Of a stretch of DNA of 12,688 nt, positions 7,770 to 12,688 are shown piece by piece; position 1 is the stretch's first letter, and every line of letters begins with the position of its first letter. Both the position numbers and the translations under genes were made by a program. The stretch covers positions 1-12,688 of the forward strand of contig JAYUUO010000122.1 of the NCBI GenBank assembly GCA_043754515.1, written 5' to 3'. The DNA comes from Armatimonadota bacterium. GTDB taxonomy: Bacteria > Armatimonadota > Armatimonadia > Armatimonadales > Armatimonadaceae. The notes under the pieces were generated by a model. The model searched no databases, was not told the DNA's origin, and saw only the letters and a list, made by a program, of their open reading frames with translations.

Positions 7770-9227
7770 TCAACGGCTGTTTAAAAATCCAGATACATCC
7801 TCCTTGAGTTTTTGCAGGGAGGGACTATGGATATACATCATGTGCCCCGCCTCGTAGTAGCGCGTCGTGATCTGGGCGCGCAGGTCGGGCGGGATGTTCA
7901 TGTGCGACAGCGTGTACTCAGTGGCGAAGTAGGGCGTCGCGAGATCGTAGTAGCCGGACGCGACGAAGATGCGCAGGTGGGGATTTTTGGCCAGCGCGTC
8001 GCGCAAACCGGATGCCGTTTCGACGTATTTGTTCTGTGACTGCCAGTCCCACGGCGTGGTAATCCCGGTGCCGAGGATATGGTAGATGTCGTCGGTTTTG
8101 TAGCCGAGGCCCGTCCGAACGTAGTCGTTAAACGCCGACGTGTACGGCGGCAGAATCGCGGACATCGAAGGGTCGTAGTCGGGGGTCTCGGACGCGTTCA
8201 GCGCGTCGCGCCCGGTCAGGCGCGAGTCGAGCCGTCCCACCGTTTTGCGCTCGCGGCGGAGCAACTCTTTGCAGAAGCGGAAGATCTCCGGGCGCAGGTC
8301 GGAGTCGTCCAGGTACGTTTCGGAGAGTCCGGTCAGCCGCGCGAGTTTGGTTAGCACGCCCGCGCGCTCCGTGTCGGAAAGCCGGTCGCCTTTTTGCAGA
8401 GCGGCGGCGTACTCGCCCGCCGCGAACGATTCGGACTCGGTCAGTGTCGCAGCGAGGTCGGTTGACAGTTCCGGCGCGAGTTTGCCATGGTAAAATGCCG
8501 TCGCGGTATAAGTGGGCAGGAAGAGAGTGTACGGTAGATCGTTGCCTCGGTCGAAGTCGAGGGTCTGGAACTGCATCACGGACGACACCAGCACGATCCC
8601 GCTGAATGCGATGCCCCGGTCGGCCAGGTAGCCCGCGATGCCCGCCCCGCGCGTGGTGCCGTAGCTCTCGCCGACCAGGTAGAGCGGCGACGACCACCGC
8701 TCGTAGCGCGATAGGTACAGCCGGATGAACTCGCCGATGCTCTCGATGTCGCCGGAAACGCCCCAGAACTTCTTGCCGAGTTCGGGCTTCGTCGGGCGCG
8801 AGTAGCCGGTGCCTACGGGGTCAATAAACACGATGTCTGTGTCGGCGAGCCAGGTGTGTGGGTTGTCCTCGACCCGATACGGCGGCGCGGGGAAGTCGCC
8901 TTTTTCCCCGGCCATCGCGACGCGTTTCGGTCCCAGCGCGCCCAGATGGAGCCACACCGACGCTGACCCGGGGCCGCCGTTGAACGAGAACATGAGCGGG
9001 CGATGCTCGCCGTCCCCCGCCCCGCCCGCGATCACGGTATAGGCCATGAAGAACATGTCGGCCTCGGTCTCGCCGGACTCCGCGTTACGGATCGGGAGCG
9101 TGCCGGTGGTAACGCGGTAGTGGAGCGGTGACCCGTCCACCGTGGTCTGCTGCTCGGTGACCACGGGCGTGGGACGCGGTTCGGCGGGCTTCGGGTCGAG
9201 TGGTTTTTCGGCGGGTGTTTCGGGCAT
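7770..9227 (-). CDS. Serine carboxypeptidase, peptidase family S10
   Basis: 485 aa with FNGGPGSAS, FIDPVGTGYS, nucleophile GESYG, YYDLATP and GHMMY motifs. Confidence 0.95.
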   Translation of the reverse strand: MPETPAEKPLDPKPAEPRPTPVVTEQQTTVDGSPLHYRVTTGTLPIRNAESGETEADMFFMAYTVIAGGAGDGEHRPLMFSFNGGPGSASVWLHLGALGPKRVAMAGEKGDFPAPPYRVEDNPHTWLADTDIVFIDPVGTGYSRPTKPELGKKFWGVSGDIESIGEFIRLYLSRYERWSSPLYLVGESYGTTRGAGIAGYLADRGIAFSGIVLVSSVMQFQTLDFDRGNDLPYTLFLPTYTATAFYHGKLAPELSTDLAATLTESESFAAGEYAAALQKGDRLSDTERAGVLTKLARLTGLSETYLDDSDLRPEIFRFCKELLRRERKTVGRLDSRLTGRDALNASETPDYDPSMSAILPPYTSAFNDYVRTGLGYKTDDIYHILGTGITTPWDWQSQNKYVETASGLRDALAKNPHLRIFVASGYYDLATPYFATEYTLSHMNIPPDLRAQITTRYYEAGHMMYIHSPSLQKLKEDVSGFLNSR

Positions 9228-9274
9228 GGTTGTCTTCTATTTCAGCGCGTCGGGCGATGGCGGCGCGTATGGCG

Positions 9275-10279
9275 TTAGTTTTTTGTCTCGGGCGGGGCGA
9301 ATACCGGCGCGGCGGTGCCGCCCGGATCGCCCGACGGGAGCGGGATCACGGCGTCGAGCGGTAGCGGCTTGCCGAAGTCGGGGGTGCCGTCGGGTCGCCA
9401 GGTAAAGCGTTGCGCCCGTGCCGTCCGCGTGCGGTACGTGTAGATCGGCGTCGTTTTCGCGTGGTACACGATCCAGTCTTCGGTGCCGTCCGGCGACTTG
9501 AAGAAGCCGTTGTGGCCCGGCCCGTACACGCCGTTCTCGTCGGCGCGGACGAAGACTGGCTCCGGATGCTGCTTCCAGCTGGCGGGGTCGAGCAGATCCG
9601 CCGTTTCGCTCGCGATCAGCATACCCAGTTTGTAGTTCGGCTTCGCGGTGTCGCAGATCGAGTAGATGAGGAACACCTGGCCCTGACGCACCAACGTGAC
9701 GGGACCTTCGCGCACCTCGGAACAGCCGAAACCGTCCGCTTCGAGCAACACGCGCGAGCCGCGCGTCGTCCAAGGGTTCTCCATATCCGCGATAAAAATC
9801 CGGTGGTCCGGGTGCCCCGCCCACAGGAAGTGCATCCGCCCGTCCGGGAGGCGCAGTACGCTGGCGTCAATCGCGTACAGCGCGTTGCAGTGGTCAGTAG
9901 CGAGTCGCCCCTTGTAGACATACGGCCCCATCGGCGTGTCGCTTGTGCTTTCGAGGACGTGACAGCGGTGATTTATATGCCAGCCGTCCGACGCGCAGTA
10001 GTAAAGGTACCAGCGTTCACGCCCGTCCGGCCCGGCGAGCCGGTACATCTCCGGTGCCCACATCTCGCCCCATCGCGTCGCCGCATCATCCTGCCAGACG
10101 GTTATCGCCTCGGCGTCGTACAGGTCAACGAGGCTAGCGGCGCGGCGGATCGCGATCCGGGGACCACCGGTGCAGGTGAAGTAGTAGTAGCCGTCGTGGT
10201 ACGAAATCCATGGGTCCGCGCTGTCGGGGGCGAGCGGGTTGTGGAACACGTCGTGTCGTGGTTGCGAGCTGTCGGTCAT
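9275..10279 (-). CDS. Glycoside hydrolase family 43 (arabinofuranosidase/xylosidase-like)
   Basis: 334 aa with ADPWI, WAPE, AIDAS, EGP and GPGHNGFFKSPDGTEDWIVYHA motifs. No signal peptide is evident. Confidence 0.93.
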   Translation of the reverse strand: MTDSSQPRHDVFHNPLAPDSADPWISYHDGYYYFTCTGGPRIAIRRAASLVDLYDAEAITVWQDDAATRWGEMWAPEMYRLAGPDGRERWYLYYCASDGWHINHRCHVLESTSDTPMGPYVYKGRLATDHCNALYAIDASVLRLPDGRMHFLWAGHPDHRIFIADMENPWTTRGSRVLLEADGFGCSEVREGPVTLVRQGQVFLIYSICDTAKPNYKLGMLIASETADLLDPASWKQHPEPVFVRADENGVYGPGHNGFFKSPDGTEDWIVYHAKTTPIYTYRTRTARAQRFTWRPDGTPDFGKPLPLDAVIPLPSGDPGGTAAPVFAPPETKN

Positions 10280-10457
10280 GGGTATTGGGCGTTTTCCGGT
10301 CGGGCGGGTGCGGATGAGTTCGGCGCGAAAGGTTACGCGGGCGATTCGAGCGTCGCGCGGTCGCGGTTAACTATTCGCCGCGCCACGCCGGGGTTCCTGC
10401 CGCCGTGACCGCGCGACGCTCAGATCGCCCGCGTAACCTTTCGCGCCGGAACACGTC

Positions 10458-10760
10458 ATTATCGGTAATAACGTTAAGCATCACAAACTCGCCAAATATA
10501 TACCCTTCGCTGGGATCTGCCTGGCCCTAACCGGGACTCTGTTCGCCCACGCGCGGTATGCGGACGATACCAGCCCGGCGCAGACGCTAGCCGCCGACGG
10601 TTTGATTACGGTAGGCGCCCGTGCTATCGTCAGCGGCGACACGGCGTATGTCCTCGGTCGCGCCGAGACCGTCGCCGACTTCACGCGGCTGGATCAAATC
10701 GTCCCATCGCCCGACAGCGGCGGGGGGGGCTGTGCGGATAGATTGGAGGTCGCGCCCTAG
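10458..10760 (+). CDS. Possible secreted protein or gene remnant without a canonical start
   Basis: The open frame reads IIGNNVKHHKLAKYIPFAGICLALTGTLFAHA-RYADD..., which is signal-peptide-like. There is no upstream ATG/GTG/TTG, but an ATT at 10458 follows GGA. Confidence 0.4.
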   Translation: MIGNNVKHHKLAKYIPFAGICLALTGTLFAHARYADDTSPAQTLAADGLITVGARAIVSGDTAYVLGRAETVADFTRLDQIVPSPDSGGGGCADRLEVAP

Positions 10761-10934
10761 CCCCCCTCTCCTGTTGCGCTGGGAGAGGGGGGGGAACTCT
10801 GCTCGCTTGCTGAGGAGGGGCGGTGCTGTTTGTCGTTGCGCGGTGGAGGGGGAGCAGGCAATGAATTGTTCCGCTCCCCCTCCACCGCAAGCGTATCGCC
10901 CGCACCCTACCGCGCGTGGATTCCCCCTCTCCCC
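10761..10934. repeat. Cluster of GC-rich REP-like palindromes
   Basis: CCCCCCTCTCC...GGAGAGGGGGG (10761-10792), a perfect 16-bp inverted repeat GCGGTGGAGGGGGAGC/GCTCCCCCTCCACCGC (10840-10855/10873-10888), and a lone half-site CCCCTCTCCCC (10924-10934). Confidence 0.75.
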
Positions 10935-11558
10935 ATGGCATATGGCGCACTTGCACTGCTGGATCACCTGAAACCGGACGCGGTATTGTTTATTGACGGC
11001 GGCGTAGACAGCCTGATGCGCGGCGACGAATCCGAAGTTGGGACGCTGTTCGAGGATGTGGTTTCGCTCGCCGCCGTGTCGCAACTGCCCGCTTCCCTCC
11101 CCCGCTACCTCGCGTACCTCGGGATGGGCGTGGAAGATGACATCGCCTACGCGAGCGTCTGGGAGAATATCGCCGCGCTCGCCGGGACGGGCGGCTTCCT
11201 CGGCGGATGCGCACTCACCGCCGAAATGGCGGCGTACGGTGCGTACGAGAACGCCGTGAATTATGTCCATGCGCAGAAGCATCAGCAACCGAGCGTCATC
11301 AACTCGTCCATCGTCTCGGCGGTGCGCGGGCATTATGGCGACTACCACGCGCCGGAACGGACGAAAAACAGTCGCCTCCATATCTCGCCGCTGATGTCGC
11401 TCTACTGGTTTTTTGATCTGCCCGCCGTCGCGCAACGCTCTCTGATCGTCCCGCGACTCATCTCCACCGGGACGCGACGCGAGGCACTGGAACGGCTCGC
11501 GCTAACCCGCGCCCTCGCACAGTCGCGGCGCGGCGGCGTAACACCTCGGCCCACCTAA
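10935..11558 (+). pseudogene. DUF1152-like protein lacking its N-terminal part
   Basis: DAVLFIDGGVDSLMRGDE.EVGT..ED..SLAAV, ENIAAL...GGFLG, SVINSSIVSAVRGHYGDYH and ISPLMSLYWFFDL are present. The expected N-terminal GxGGGxD motif is absent, and the upstream sequence is the repeat cluster. Confidence 0.65.
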
Positions 11559-12340
11559 CGAAGCGAAAACGCGAACGGGAGCAGTTCGGCGATGTCGCTC
11601 TCGCGAACCACCGCGCCCGCCCTATCCACCAGCACCACCCGGAGCAGCGACCCGTCGCGCGGCGCGAACTCGGACAGCACCTGCCGGCACGCCCCGCACG
11701 GCGAGCCGCCGTCATCTGTCGCCACCGCGACTCCGGTTATGACGCGCTCCCCCGCCGCGACCGCAGTGAAAACCGCCGTTCGCTCGGCGCAGTTACACAA
11801 ACCGTACGACGCGTTCTCGACGTTGCATCCGCCGTACATAGTGCCTGACCCCGCGCGAACCGCCGCGCCGACCGCATACTTCGAGTAGGGCGCGTAGGCG
11901 GCATCGCGCATCTGGACGGCGAGCGCGATCAGTTCGGCATCACCTGCGGCGGCTTCGGTCATTGATGTGGGTTCGGCGGTCGTTTCCGCCCCGTGCGTCG
12001 GTTTCCCCTCGGACCCGGCCTGCAACTCGTCGCGCAATTTCATTAGCAGTTTTCCCAATTCGTTCCGACCGCGCCACCCGCCCATCCCCGCGTCGCGCAC
12101 CATGCCCCACGTCGTGTCGCGCCACGAGTTCCCCTCGATCAGCGGGCGGTCACCGGTCGCCAGCAGTTTACCCCGTAGCACGGGATCCGCGAACTTCGCC
12201 CGGAGTACCTGCTCCATCACGGCGAACCGCTTCGTCTCCCAGTCGTCGCGCAGGGCTACCCGCTTGCCCTTCTGCTTCGCGGACGCGAGAGTGGGCGCGT
12301 CGCGCACGGCGTATCGCTCCGTCGTTTCCCGCGTCTTCAT
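11555..12340 (-). CDS. cdd: NADAR (YbiA-like) C-terminal part fused to cytidine deaminase
   Basis: NADAR motifs are DWE, KF, LLATGDRPLIEGN, DTTWG and GRNELGKLLMKLR. Cytidine deaminase motifs are AYAPYS, NVENASYGL, CAERTA and PCGACRQVL. A ~25-aa linker joins them in one frame. Confidence 0.88.
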   Translation of the reverse strand: MKTRETTERYAVRDAPTLASAKQKGKRVALRDDWETKRFAVMEQVLRAKFADPVLRGKLLATGDRPLIEGNSWRDTTWGMVRDAGMGGWRGRNELGKLLMKLRDELQAGSEGKPTHGAETTAEPTSMTEAAAGDAELIALAVQMRDAAYAPYSKYAVGAAVRAGSGTMYGGCNVENASYGLCNCAERTAVFTAVAAGERVITGVAVATDDGGSPCGACRQVLSEFAPRDGSLLRVVLVDRAGAVVRESDIAELLPFAFSLR

Positions 12341-12473
12341 CGCCTAGAACGCGTGTTCGGTGGTCGGGTTAGGTGATCCCCTCCAGCGCGACGGGCGCGG
12401 GGAAGAAGTTAGACAGGAAGTCCCACTCGCCCCGGAAAGCGTCAATCGCCGCCCCAGGCTTTGTCGAACTCAT
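12341..12473 (-). pseudogene. Disrupted NADAR N-terminus belonging to 11555-12340
   Basis: MSSTK...FRGEWDFLSNFFPAPVALEGIT-Y-PTTEHAF-*-AMK. Restoring it needs removal of one extra base (12369/12370) and reading TAG (12346-12344) as CAG, which gives EHAFQAMK. Confidence 0.85.
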
Positions 12474-12688
12474 GCGCGGGAGCGCCAGCGGCGTCGGCCA
12501 CGGGGCGGCTATCACCCGGCGTCGCGGTGGTGTAAACGGGTTTCTTTTTTGCCCATAAAGCAAATACTGACGCGGCGATGCCCGACGCGGATAGGAGTTA
12601 CGCGGTTGGCGGTTTCGGATGCCCGGATCTGTCCGTCCCACCCGCAAGCGGGTACCCGACGTCCGGCTACGAAGTAGTCTGGACAGGC

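Larger units (their letters stand above)
1..7840. mobile_element. Right part of an integrated genomic island / integrative element (left end outside window)
   Basis: Tyrosine integrase next to the host S10 gene, plus an LSR, ParB-like and plasmid-type genes, several pseudogenes and a low-GC cargo gene. GC drops from ~65% (7841-7920) to ~41% (7771-7840) by hand count. Confidence 0.75.

Noticed and set aside
9410..10408. 332-aa plus-strand ORF, and similarly 10587-11435 minus, 8128-8697 minus and 9237-9824 minus
   Set aside because: These are shadow or alternative-frame ORFs overlapping well-supported genes in GC-rich DNA, with no recognisable motifs.
1..12688. CRISPR array, rRNA or IS transposase
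   Set aside because: I saw no regularly spaced identical repeats, rRNA-like sequence or transposase motifs.

Overview
The window spans a junction between a mosaic genomic island (about 1-7840) and GC-rich chromosomal genes (about 7840-12688). The island holds a plasmid/phage-type operon (conserved hypothetical, ParB/Srx-like, hypothetical) and two decayed paralogs of the third gene. It also holds a low-GC secreted Amidase_6-type protein, a large serine recombinase (LSR) with a small upstream ORF, and a tyrosine integrase. The host side holds an S10 serine carboxypeptidase, a GH43 glycosidase, a palindromic repeat cluster, a 5'-truncated DUF1152-like gene and a NADAR/cytidine deaminase fusion with a disrupted 5' end. 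The most striking pattern is that each recombinase is followed by a diverged, orphaned copy of its own 3' end. For the LSR the copy starts at a tRNA-Ala/tmRNA-3'-end-like core, and for the tyrosine integrase at an exact 12-bp repeat. The S10 gene at the island border also seems to carry a replaced, AT-rich 3' end. All alignments and GC values were done by hand, and family calls come from recalled motifs, not database searches.
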